A stretch of 33,413 nucleotides of DNA, from the sequence record NZ_CP019031.1. The stretch is one strand, 5' to 3'. The notes under the pieces are model-generated. The model did no database searches and was not told the origin of the DNA. It saw nothing but the letters and a program-made list of their open reading frames with translations. Origin of the DNA: a plasmid. Both the position numbers and the translations under genes were made by a program. Positions 1 through 8,624 of this stretch are shown piece by piece; position 1 is the first letter of the stretch; every line of letters starts with the position of its first letter.

Positions 1-1934
1 GTCCGGTTGCCCGGCTGTCTCACGGTGATATTTTTCTTGGTAAGCTTCTGGGTCAATTAGCCGTAGTTCTTCTTCGGTCAACTCGACACGCATAAAGGCG
101 CGTTGGCTACCATAGATCATCAGTGCTTCACCTTGTCTACGACGTTCTAGTAACTTCTTTTCTTTATCTGAAAAGGTCATGCGTAGTTTTGTAATGACAT
201 CATCGACACCTTTACCGTCAAGACCAAAGAACACTTTGGTATAGGAGTTCCCAATAATGGCTTCCCCAATGTTCTGCCCAGTATCTGTCGTTCCTTCGAT
301 CACATCTTGAATTTGCTGCGTTCCGGCAATGGCCCCGGCATTGTATTTTCTAAACCGCTTGTAAGCTTGATGGAAGAAGGTGGCGGCCGCTTTATGCAAG
401 GTCAAAAAGTGAAATTCATCGACAAACAATTTCTTGCGGCTATGCCGATCCTTGGTGATTTCGTCCCACAAATACTGGAAGGTATTCAGATAAGCCGCTG
501 ATTGGACTTCCTGTTCACTTTGTAGGGGTTTTAGATCAAAAGAAATGATCTTTCCTTTTAGGTTGACGTTGGTGTGTCCGTCAAATAGGCTGTTAGAACC
601 ATGGGTATAGCTGCCTAAGATATAGTAGAAGTCTTTAACCCGACTGAATTTGTCGGCGTCCTTGTCAGCTAGTTTTTCCAATTCGTCATAAACGTTGGAT
701 AGGGTCGGCCACTGATCGTCTTTAATCTCTTTTAAGCGGCTGTATTTCAAAACACCACTGTTGACGTAGGCCTGTTTAACCACATCATCAAGAATTGCTA
801 GCTCAACTTGGGTAATCCCGGTTTTAAGGACTTCAAAGAACCCTTTTAATCGCTGAATTTTATCTTTAACTAGTAAATCAAGGTTCATGACCGCTTCATC
901 AGCGCTTAGGATTTCTTCAGAAAAAATTTGTAGCGGGTTAATTTTGTACCTAGCATTCGAGGTTAGGTGCAAGACTGCCCCACCCAGGGCTTCGACAATC
1001 TTGGTATATTCGTTCTCTGGATCAATAATGTAAAGCTGATAATCTTGAATGGCATATCTTAGAATCTTCTGGATCATGTAGGTTGTTTTACCCACACCGG
1101 AAGTACCAATAACAACCATATTCTGGTTCAGGGTCTTGTTGCGATCCAACATATCTACGGCAATTAAGCTGTTGGTATCTTTGTTAACCCCTTCAATATC
1201 AGATCTAGGCTTCAAGTCCAAAATCTCCGCGTCGTCAAAGGGAAACATACTGCTGGCGACTTCGGTATTACTTTCTTTATAGGTGTAATCACCTAATAGA
1301 TTCTCGTTAATTGGCATGGTTGACCAGAAAGCTTGAAACGTTGCTTTAACGGGTACTAGCGGCTTCATCTGTAGCTTAATCAACGTATTCTTAACGTTTT
1401 CGGTTAAGTCATCTAGTTCTGCTAAACTGTTGGCCCGTAGATAAATGAGCATATGTTGGTACACAAATGTGGTAGAATTATCAAGGTATTTATCTAGTTG
1501 CATGTTGGCTGAATCAATATAATTTTGCAGAATCTTCTTTTTATACGGGTCGAACGTATTGAGCTTCTGCGCTTCCTTATTTTGAATCGTCTTCTTGTAA
1601 TAGGTAATCATTGAATTATTACTGGCGCTGTCGATATATTGCACAATATCGATAACGCCTTTTTTGCGCTTCAATTCTGACAACCAGTTGCCATAAACCC
1701 GCTTGGGATAATCAGCGATCGCTAACACCCGAATAAAATTCTCGCCCGACTGGACGTAGGTGGGGTACTGTTCCCAGCTGAACGGAAATAGTGAATGCAA
1801 GCTGTCGCGATCAATCAACTTGGTAAAATCCTCAATCTCCGGTTTGGGCTTACTACCCGTTTGGCCGCTGTCGCCTTGATGGCTTCCTTTTTTAGTTGGC
1901 ATAAATAAATCAATGACCTTATCACCAAAATTCA
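1..1934 (-). CDS. VirB4/TrsE-like conjugative ATPase. The N-terminal 644 aa are present; the C-terminus runs off the 5' edge of the window.
   Basis: Translating the reverse strand from the ATG at 1934 (GGAGG 7 nt upstream) gives an uninterrupted frame to position 1. It contains a Walker A motif (VVIGTSGVGKTT) and the length and architecture of T4SS VirB4/TraE/TrsE/PrgJ ATPases. It is not in the ORF track only because no stop falls inside the window. Confidence 0.85.
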
Positions 1935-1946
1935 TCCTGTTGCCTC

Positions 1947-2606
1947 CTATCCATTAAAATTGATCAAGTTCTTTAAAATCTCTTGGACTTCCTGACTAGT
2001 CAAAACTTTGGCCGTCACATCAAAATCCGTTAACGCATTTTCAATATCCCGTTTAACCTGTTCGATCTTTTCGTCTAAATGAGCGACCGCTAAGTTTAAG
2101 CTTTTAACGCTTTTGTCCTTAATTGGCACTTTAACGATTACTAGATGTTGCTTAGTTGTCATGTTTTTGGATTCTTGGACTTTAGTAAAGTGATCCAAGT
2201 AGCTGGCTATGAGCTGGATTTTGAACTGTTGCTCCGGGTGGTCTTTTTGTAAGGCGAGGTACCGCCGTTTGAGACCATTGAGATAAGTCGTCATATTGAC
2301 GGGAATCGTCGGTTCTAAGAACTGTAACGTGTCATCAACGCCTTCACCTAAGGTACTCATGAGAAACGCGCCATAGTCCTCAAAGACGTCCTGTTGTTCG
2401 GTTTCATTAAGTAGATCAAGGTTGATCCCACTAACTTCCAAAATGCCAACGAGATTACCCGTTTTGGTAACTTCGTAATTACCATACATACCCACTACCA
2501 AGCTCATGTCATCAATGGTTTCTTTGCCACCATTGATTTTAGGCGGTTGGTAATCCCAATCGAGCTTCACTGATTTATTGGCGGTTTTGCTCTTCTTCAA
2601 ACGCAT
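1947..2606 (-). CDS. Conjugation protein, TrsD-like, 219 aa. It sits between the VirB3-like and VirB4 genes.
   Basis: ORF with GAGGTG RBS. Its position directly upstream of VirB4 matches the pSK41/pGO1 trsC-trsD-trsE arrangement. Function is inferred from context only. Confidence 0.55.
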   Translation of the reverse strand: MRLKKSKTANKSVKLDWDYQPPKINGGKETIDDMSLVVGMYGNYEVTKTGNLVGILEVSGINLDLLNETEQQDVFEDYGAFLMSTLGEGVDDTLQFLEPTIPVNMTTYLNGLKRRYLALQKDHPEQQFKIQLIASYLDHFTKVQESKNMTTKQHLVIVKVPIKDKSVKSLNLAVAHLDEKIEQVKRDIENALTDFDVTAKVLTSQEVQEILKNLINFNG

Positions 2607-2937
2607 TTAGTTCACCTCGCTTCTTCGGTTTTAAGTAAAACAATTTCTGACTATTGGCATAACGGCGTTTCAACTTAAAGTTATCCCGCACCTTAATGTT
2701 CTTCCGCGCCGCAACTGGCCTAATTGTTAAAATAGCCATGACAATCGTCATGGCTAAGACAACAATCACTATTTTTATCAGGACTAAAATCAGACCATAG
2801 GGTGGAATCGCAATAAAAATTAAGCCCACTAGTCCTGCCAGTGCCGCATAGCCAAAATCCTTCAAGGTGTAGTCTTTCCAAATCCCGTAATCTTTATCTA
2901 CGTTCTCTGGGAAGATAAATTCTTTCCCTTTCTTCAT
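2575..2937 (-). CDS. Small two-TM membrane protein, VirB3/PrgI/TcpE-like, 120 aa.
   Basis: AAGGAG RBS. A long central hydrophobic stretch (two TM helices) is flanked by basic residues. This size and topology, and the position before VirB4, are typical of VirB3-like proteins in Gram-positive T4SS. Confidence 0.55.
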   Translation of the reverse strand: MKKGKEFIFPENVDKDYGIWKDYTLKDFGYAALAGLVGLIFIAIPPYGLILVLIKIVIVVLAMTIVMAILTIRPVAARKNIKVRDNFKLKRRYANSQKLFYLKPKKRGELNAFEEEQNRQ

Positions 2938-2957
2938 TTGGCAAGCTCCTTTTTAAA

Positions 2958-3293
2958 TTAAGTGAATAGGCTGTAGACCCAAGGCAATAGCCAGATAACC
3001 GCTGCCGCTAGGGCCACTAAACCAGCTACCCGACCAACTGCGTGATAAACTTCGGATTTCTCTCGCGGATCGTCTGCGTCAGGCATTCTTTTGATAATAA
3101 TAAATAGTGCGACACAAATCCCAACTAAAACGACCAAGCCAGTTAAAATACCTTGAATCGTCTTACCAGCGCTAGTTAGTTTGCTTTGAACTTCACCACC
3201 GTCCGCTGCCAAAACAACCTGAGTATTCATCAGGCCCAAGTAAATTGCAGTAGCTCCAGTAGTGGCTAACGCTTTTACTTTGCTGAACTTCAT
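2958..3293 (-). CDS. Small secreted or membrane T4SS protein with a signal peptide and a C-terminal TM. Pilin-like or VirB2-like is possible.
   Basis: Start moved to the internal ATG at 3293 (MKFSKVKALATT...), which is preceded by GGAGGAATAAC. Signal peptide ending in VLAADGG and a C-terminal hydrophobic helix. Confidence 0.5.
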   Translation of the reverse strand: MKFSKVKALATTGATAIYLGLMNTQVVLAADGGEVQSKLTSAGKTIQGILTGLVVLVGICVALFIIIKRMPDADDPREKSEVYHAVGRVAGLVALAAAVIWLLPWVYSLFT

Positions 3294-3294
3294 G

Positions 3295-3909
3295 TTATTC
3301 CTCCTTCCCATCGTCTTCTGATGTTCGTAATTGAATTTGTTCTGCCTGCGTTTCTTCTGGCTCACGCTGATAGAACTTGTTCAATTGTTCCTCGGCAATT
3401 TGCTGGCTTGGTAATGGATCGGTGGCTAATTTGACGCGGCCGTTTTCACTCGTGGCTAAGTAATACTCTTTTTCTGACTGGCCTAATTCTTGGACCTCTA
3501 AGACATGCAAATTATGTTCGTAACGGCCTAAGGCGTTATCAACTTCTAAGCCATAGAAGCCTAAGAAGCCTTCTAGAAAACTCTCACCAAAAAAGGTCAT
3601 TTCATTTTTGATCTGCTTATATTGATGGGTCGGTTTGTCACTCACCAACTTTTCGGCCTTTTTAGCACTTTGACTGTCTTGATGACGATTAAACCAGCCC
3701 CTAAGCTTTAATGGTGGCGTTTTTAGCTGACGTTTAACGGTCTTCTTAATCATTGCTTGTCGGACTTCGTCAACTGGCTGACCATCTTGATCCAAAATCG
3801 CTTGTAGCTGCTTTTGATCAGTTAATGCTTGGTCATTATCAACCACAATTGCCTGTTGCTCATCATGAACTAACTTGCCATTAATGCCTTGCCAGCTTTC
3901 CATTTTCAT
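3295..3909 (-). CDS. Conjugation-associated hypothetical protein, 204 aa, acidic.
   Basis: ORF with GAGGAGGTGA RBS immediately downstream of an intrinsic terminator. No recognisable catalytic motif. Confidence 0.5.
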   Translation of the reverse strand: MKMESWQGINGKLVHDEQQAIVVDNDQALTDQKQLQAILDQDGQPVDEVRQAMIKKTVKRQLKTPPLKLRGWFNRHQDSQSAKKAEKLVSDKPTHQYKQIKNEMTFFGESFLEGFLGFYGLEVDNALGRYEHNLHVLEVQELGQSEKEYYLATSENGRVKLATDPLPSQQIAEEQLNKFYQREPEETQAEQIQLRTSEDDGKEE

Positions 3910-3923
3910 TGGATCACCTCCTC

Positions 3924-3950
3924 AAAAAAAAGCGCGTTAGGGACGCTAAA
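3924..3950 (-). terminator. Intrinsic terminator or attenuator between the relaxase module and the downstream T4SS genes.
   Basis: The minus-strand RNA AGCGUCCCUAACGCGCU forms a short GC stem and is followed by U8 (forward sequence aaaaaaaagcgcgttagggacgct). It lies directly upstream of the RBS of the 204-aa gene. Confidence 0.45.
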
Positions 3951-4257
3951 CAACTAGCTTTCCCCTAACCCGCCCGGTAAAATGGATTGTTAGGAGGGTG
4001 ACACCTAGAAGTTGCGGTTCTAGGTGCTGATCCCCGTTAGCAACTCTACTGCTGACGAGGACGCCCTCTTTTTTTATGTGGTTTTTAATCCATTCAATAC
4101 CATCTTCAGATATTAATTTCACTTTGCCCGTTTCCATGAGCATTTCACTTGGTAACTCGTTAGGGTGCCGTCTTAACCAAACACTCACATACGTACTACC
4201 TCGTTCTAGTTTGAGACTAGCTTGAGCTAAGCTAAACCATTCTTGCTTCTTTGTCAC
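3946..4257 (-). CDS. Small hypothetical protein, 103 aa, possibly DNA-binding. Its 3' third is encoded in a hairpin-dense region.
   Basis: AAGGAG RBS 8 nt before the ATG at 4257. The N-terminal 65 aa look like a small helical domain. The C-terminal tail overlaps three inverted repeats and ends inside a hairpin followed by a T8 run. Confidence 0.4.
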   Translation of the reverse strand: MTKKQEWFSLAQASLKLERGSTYVSVWLRRHPNELPSEMLMETGKVKLISEDGIEWIKNHIKKEGVLVSSRVANGDQHLEPQLLGVTLLTIHFTGRVRGKLVV

Positions 4258-4340
4258 ATGTGAATACTCCTTTCCCTATATTATGGATTCATTATACCAT
4301 TAAATGAGCACGTTAGTGCACTTTTTATTTTACATTTAAA

Positions 4341-6404
4341 TTACAAGTGCATACCCCCATCTTCATGCCGGTTCCGGGTTTGGTGTTGCCGTTGCTTTTT
4401 CGTCATTTCCCACTCGGTCTCTTTTAAGCTGCGTGCCTGTTTTTGTCGTTCGTAATCTTCATCATGAGCATATAGGGCGGTCATGATTGCGTTACTAAAG
4501 GCTGTCTTTAAGTAGTAGCTTGGACTAACTGGCTTGTAATTTAGCGGTTGATAATGTCCCATATTTACTTTTCTATACTGGTCGTCCTTGGCCTGTTGCT
4601 CTTTTAACTGCTTTTGGATTTTCTCGATCTGACTGTTCTTAATCGTTGGATCGACTTTGCATTCACCCAAAAAGAGTTGTTTAGTGCCATCATGCTTTAA
4701 AACCCGTTGTAGGTGATGATTTTCTAACTGATCTAAGCTCAGCTGTCCCGATAGATAAGCTAGTCCTTGCAGATGCTCTTGGGTATTGAATACCCTTGGT
4801 GGATTTTCCTGCCACTGTGCGATTGTTTCAGCCTTGCATGGTTTTAAAGCTGGATCATAGTACATCACTGCTGTATAGGCCTGTTCCTGTTTAATCATTG
4901 GTAATTCATTAAAATCGCCGTTAGGAAAGGCTCTTCTTAAAACTTCCTGGTATTGGGTTTGAATAACTTGCTTCACAGCCATGATTGTTCGTAAATCTTT
5001 GACTGCGCGAGTAATCTTTTGCTGCTCGGTTGGTGAATACTTTTCTAGTAGACCTTGATCAACGTGTTCTAGACTTTCTAAGCTATCATCATGAATCATC
5101 AGCGTATATTTCAGTTCGATTTTGACTTCCTTTTCTTGTTGCATTAATAACTTCCAGCCAACGTACGGCCGTTTGGTAAAGGTCAATACTTGTTGGGTCA
5201 ACAAATCATCACGAATGTTCATTAAACGTTCGTTTAATTCACTGCCTTTGAAAATCGTTTGTTCGCTATCGGTTTCCTTAATTAATTCTCGTCTTTCAGC
5301 TTGCGTGGTCTGTTCAAAATTAAGCTCTGGATAAAGTTTTTTAGTCGTGCGATCAACCACTTTATTTAAGAGTTCATCTGCTTTTTTAAGTGAGCTTTCT
5401 TGTTGGTTAATTGTCAATAATTGTTTAGTCACATCTTCACCAACCGCATGTTTAATTAAGGTGCTGTTTTTCCAATTAAATAGCATGCGCCGCTTATCAT
5501 CTAAACTTTCCAAACTGATATAAGTTTTCAGTTCATGGCTTAACTCTTTAACTACCCGTTTTTCATTAAACGAGAAGTGTTTGCTTAGACTATCTAAATG
5601 ACCTCGATTGATTACTTTTTCTTGGTTGTTTTTATAACTGGCTTTGGCCTTGCGATAGTTCTTTACTTGTTGGTTAAATTCTTTTCTTTCATACCGCTTG
5701 CTATTGATTCCCTCATGTTGCATTGGGGTATCATCTATTCCCTGCTCGATAAAGGATTTTTCGCTGATCCGATCGGGTATATTTTTTTGCTCTAAAACTT
5801 GATTTACACTAACCGCCCAATTGTGCCGCCATTGATTGATTTTTTCTTTTTTATCCCAATCAACTAGCCACACCTTTCTTGATCTTGGAAAACGACTATT
5901 TCCTGTATAAGTCTTGTTCCCATTTTCATCTAATATATTTTCCCTTTTACTTTTCAATCCCCATGTTCCGTCTTGATTAAATGGACGATTAGTTAGCATA
6001 ACATGAGCGTGCGGATTATCTGGGTGATCTCTATGAATTGCTACGTCGGCAACCATACCCTCATCAACAAAATTTTTTTGTACATATTTTGTCAATAATT
6101 CTTTCTGTTCATCTTCACTTAATTCAACTGGTAAAGCCACGTTAAACTCTTTTGCATAGCGTGAATTTGCTCTACGATCTTTTCTTTCGACTTCATTCCA
6201 TAATTTCTCTCTATCACTCGCCCATTCTGGCGCATTCTTTGGTGTCAAAATAAAGCTTTCCGGCATAACCGAGCGGGCATAAAAATAGCTTCGTCCTTCT
6301 TTTTGATCAAATAGCTTTTTACCACTTCGATAAGCGGCACTGGCAATCGCACTTCGTCCTTTACCAGCACTAATATTACTAAAACTCATGTGAAAAATTG
6401 CCAT
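4341..6404 (-). CDS. MOBQ-family conjugative relaxase (MobA/MobL, TraA/Nes-like).
   Basis: N-terminus [31 protein letters not shown] with the catalytic Tyr motif. Histidine triad [15 protein letters not shown]. About 690 aa. Start placed at the ATG at 6404 (AAAGGCGG RBS) rather than the GTG at 6413. Confidence 0.9.
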   Translation of the reverse strand: MAIFHMSFSNISAGKGRSAIASAAYRSGKKLFDQKEGRSYFYARSVMPESFILTPKNAPEWASDREKLWNEVERKDRRANSRYAKEFNVALPVELSEDEQKELLTKYVQKNFVDEGMVADVAIHRDHPDNPHAHVMLTNRPFNQDGTWGLKSKRENILDENGNKTYTGNSRFPRSRKVWLVDWDKKEKINQWRHNWAVSVNQVLEQKNIPDRISEKSFIEQGIDDTPMQHEGINSKRYERKEFNQQVKNYRKAKASYKNNQEKVINRGHLDSLSKHFSFNEKRVVKELSHELKTYISLESLDDKRRMLFNWKNSTLIKHAVGEDVTKQLLTINQQESSLKKADELLNKVVDRTTKKLYPELNFEQTTQAERRELIKETDSEQTIFKGSELNERLMNIRDDLLTQQVLTFTKRPYVGWKLLMQQEKEVKIELKYTLMIHDDSLESLEHVDQGLLEKYSPTEQQKITRAVKDLRTIMAVKQVIQTQYQEVLRRAFPNGDFNELPMIKQEQAYTAVMYYDPALKPCKAETIAQWQENPPRVFNTQEHLQGLAYLSGQLSLDQLENHHLQRVLKHDGTKQLFLGECKVDPTIKNSQIEKIQKQLKEQQAKDDQYRKVNMGHYQPLNYKPVSPSYYLKTAFSNAIMTALYAHDEDYERQKQARSLKETEWEMTKKQRQHQTRNRHEDGGMHL

Positions 6405-6446
6405 ACTAGTCACCGCCTTTCTTTGGATCTATTGGTTGATTTTGTT

Positions 6447-6526
6447 GTCGCCAATGGCGACTTCTGATACAAGGGTTTAGCACAAGAACACAACCAACTT
6501 TAGTTGTTGTGTGTAAGTGCGCATTG
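6447..6526 (-). promoter_or_regulatory. Candidate oriT. A perfect 15-bp palindrome, then an 11-bp hairpin, then a nic-like motif GTAAGTGCGC|ATTG.
   Basis: GTCGCCAATGGCGAC at 6447-6461. Imperfect inverted repeat AACACAACCAACT / AGTTGTTGTGT at 6487-6514. This is followed by TAAGTGCGC, which resembles the conserved nick core of the pIP501/RSF1010 MOBQ oriT family. It sits directly upstream of the relaxase gene. The strand is nominal. Confidence 0.5.
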
Positions 6527-6674
6527 ACCTCGTTTCACTCGGTCTGCTGATTCCCTTAACTCCACTTTTAGTGTATGCCTTCCGCTTCGCTATTTCAACT
6601 TCTATACTTTGACTTAACGTTTCCTATATGATATAGTGTTCGTGATTATTTTTAAGATGATTGGAGGGATAATT

Positions 6675-6884
6675 GTGACCCAAAGTAACTTAGAAAAACA
6701 AGAAGCTAAATTAAAAGCCCTTAACCAAAAAATCAAGGATGAAAAAAATAAAATTGAACAACGGCTAGGTAAACAAATCATCAATCAAGCCAATTTAGAT
6801 TATGCTAATTTGTCTAACGATCAGATTAAGCTTTTAGCCAAGCAATTTTCTGAATTTTTAAAGGTAAAGTCCGTAGATCATTAA
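6675..6884 (+). CDS. Small coiled-coil protein, about 69 aa, possible relaxosome or transfer accessory protein.
   Basis: GGAGGG RBS 6 nt before the GTG at 6675. The earlier in-frame starts lack an RBS. Lys/Glu-rich heptad-like sequence. Confidence 0.4.
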   Translation: MTQSNLEKQEAKLKALNQKIKDEKNKIEQRLGKQIINQANLDYANLSNDQIKLLAKQFSEFLKVKSVDH

Positions 6885-6906
6885 CCACACGAGATGGGGA
6901 AGTTCC

Positions 6907-7185
6907 ATGTCTAATCAATATGAAAAACTAGTCGAGCAGCAAGCGCGTTTAAAACAAAAAATTGAGCGGGAAGATTTTAAATTACGACAATCTAAATACT
7001 ATGAAAATCGGCAAGCCCGCAAAGCCCGTTCTCGCCGATTAATTCAAAAAGGGGCTTTATTAGAAAAATACTTCCAAGCTAACAACCTCTCGGTCGAACA
7101 AACCGAAGAACTTTTAAAAATATTTGCTAATTACGTTAATGCGCATAAACCGAACAAATTCAAAAACGATCAACCTAATAACTAG
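6907..7185 (+). CDS. Small basic coiled-coil protein, 92 aa, TraD/MobC-like accessory protein.
   Basis: ATG with GGGGAAG RBS. The motif RSRRLIQKGALLEKYF resembles the RxRRLIxxGAL signature of small conjugal-transfer TraD-like proteins. Divergent from the relaxase/oriT. Confidence 0.45.
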   Translation: MSNQYEKLVEQQARLKQKIEREDFKLRQSKYYENRQARKARSRRLIQKGALLEKYFQANNLSVEQTEELLKIFANYVNAHKPNKFKNDQPNN

Positions 7186-7855
7186 GCCGATCGTTTTTAT
7201 TTTCAGGATCATTTTTAGGCTTTACTTCTGGGTTTTGATCTGCAAAATTTTGTAACTGCTTTTGCACCTTTTCTGGATAAGTAATATTTTGGTTTATCCA
7301 AGGAAAATGCCTCAAATCGTTCTTAAAAACTTGTCCCTTATCTCTTGCATAAACAGGGGTAAACTTTTCGCTATTATCATAAATCATGACCTTATCAGAT
7401 TTAAAGGCCACTAATGGCAAATTATGTTTGGATTGCTGATAACGTTTCTTGATCGTTGCTACTGGAACACCGTGCCCACCTTTTTGTACCCGTTCGTTGA
7501 CCCTTTGGATAGCTAAATTTTCATCTCGCAAAGCAACATACAATAAAGTCACTTCAAAGCCATTTTCATGCGCTTTATCAATCAAATTGAGTTGAGCTTT
7601 GCCTCTACCTGCCAGTGTTGTTTCTACGTGAATACTTTGCTGGTGATCTAAAGCATAGTGTAGTTGTTTGATTTCTTCACGCATGGCTTTTAAATTGTCG
7701 CTGTCTTTATGCCAATCGCCACCCATTTGTCGTAAAATCTCATCAGCATTAATCCGTTTTGTTTTATCAAACAAGGTGGGAAATGTATCGTACAGCGTAC
7801 TCTTACCTGCTCCGTTAATACCAGCAACAATAATGTATTGGGGTTTATCTATCAA
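7175..7855 (-). CDS. Zeta-toxin / AAA_33-like P-loop kinase, 226 aa, TTG start.
   Basis: Walker A IIVAGINGAGKST at residues 8-20. Size and N-terminal P-loop fit the zeta/PezT-like kinase family. RBS GAAAGGAC 8 nt before the TTG. The start overlaps the stop of the upstream small gene (TTGA). Confidence 0.5.
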   Translation of the reverse strand: MIDKPQYIIVAGINGAGKSTLYDTFPTLFDKTKRINADEILRQMGGDWHKDSDNLKAMREEIKQLHYALDHQQSIHVETTLAGRGKAQLNLIDKAHENGFEVTLLYVALRDENLAIQRVNERVQKGGHGVPVATIKKRYQQSKHNLPLVAFKSDKVMIYDNSEKFTPVYARDKGQVFKNDLRHFPWINQNITYPEKVQKQLQNFADQNPEVKPKNDPENKNDRPSY

Positions 7856-8037
7856 CGGACAAAGTCCTTTCGCTTAATAACCTCATCTTGCCTTTTATCT
7901 AAAAAGTAGGTATATAAAGCGTCATATACTTTGCGCTTTTCTGGATCTGGCTCATGTAATGACTTATCAAGTAAATCTTTTAAATCAGTTTCTTTGGCAA
8001 TTTCAAAAAAGTCATTAATTGTGATTGTATCTTTCAT
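7852..8037 (-). CDS. Small helical protein, 61 aa, a candidate antitoxin by position (epsilon-like).
   Basis: ATG at 8037 preceded by GGAAG. It is translationally coupled to the kinase gene and sits between a DinJ/RelB-like gene and the zeta-like gene. Confidence 0.35.
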   Translation of the reverse strand: MKDTITINDFFEIAKETDLKDLLDKSLHEPDPEKRKVYDALYTYFLDKRQDEVIKRKDFVR

Positions 8038-8083
8038 GTTTATCACACTTCCAAGTTATTAATTTATTTAATCTGATAAGCCA

Positions 8084-8365
8084 TTAGTCCTCATCTGGAT
8101 CATTGAGCCAATCGGCGACCTCTTTAGCGTCTTTGAACTCGGTGACTGGTGTCCCTTCGGTCGCCTTTAAAAAGCGTAAATTAGCTCTTTCTTCTTCGCT
8201 TAAAGACACATTAAAAGGTAAAGCACCATTAGCCACAATCCGCTTGTAAAACATGTTAATGGCCGTGGTTGGATTTAAGCCCAATTCGCTTAAAACTGCT
8301 TCGGTATTATCGGCCAAATCTTTATCAATCTTGACTTGGACCCGTTTCTTTTCCTTAACTGCCAT
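8084..8365 (-). CDS. RelB/DinJ-family ribbon-helix-helix protein, 93 aa.
   Basis: N-terminus KRVQVKIDKDLADNTEAVLSELGLNPTTAINMFYKRIVANGALPF matches the DinJ/RelB antitoxin fold signature (GL.ps.ain.f...v..g.lPF). Confidence 0.65.
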   Translation of the reverse strand: MAVKEKKRVQVKIDKDLADNTEAVLSELGLNPTTAINMFYKRIVANGALPFNVSLSEEERANLRFLKATEGTPVTEFKDAKEVADWLNDPDED

Positions 8366-8407
8366 GATTGTCTCATCTCCTCTCTTTTGTTACTACCATT
8401 ATGCTAC

Positions 8408-8436
8408 CTTTTGAGTACCTTATCAATAGATAAAGC
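8408..8436 (-). promoter_or_regulatory. Sigma70-like promoter for the DinJ-like / small gene / zeta-like operon.
   Basis: On the minus strand: -35 TTGATA (forward TATCAA at 8431-8436), a 17-nt spacer, then -10 CATAAT (forward ATTATG at 8408-8413). Confidence 0.4.
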
Positions 8437-8624
8437 CTTGGCCTCAAATCACTTGAGCTTGGCGTTGGTCTAAAGGCTGAACTTTTGAGCTGGTTAGCCC
8501 GGTTAGCTCTGACGCTCATTTAAAAGCCCCTATTCTTCTGTCTAAGCCATTTAAATCTAACTTAAGTATAAAAGGGTTAGTAAGTCTTAAAACCGCTTAG
8601 AAAGGATTTTGTAGCCTTTTAGGA

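Noticed and set aside
307-501. 64-aa plus-strand ORF at the start of the window.
   Set aside because: It lies antisense within the VirB4 coding region.
5122-5795. Plus-strand ORFs (70 aa and 65 aa) inside the relaxase gene.
   Set aside because: They are antisense to a strongly supported relaxase CDS. They have no RBS and low-complexity hydrophobic translations.
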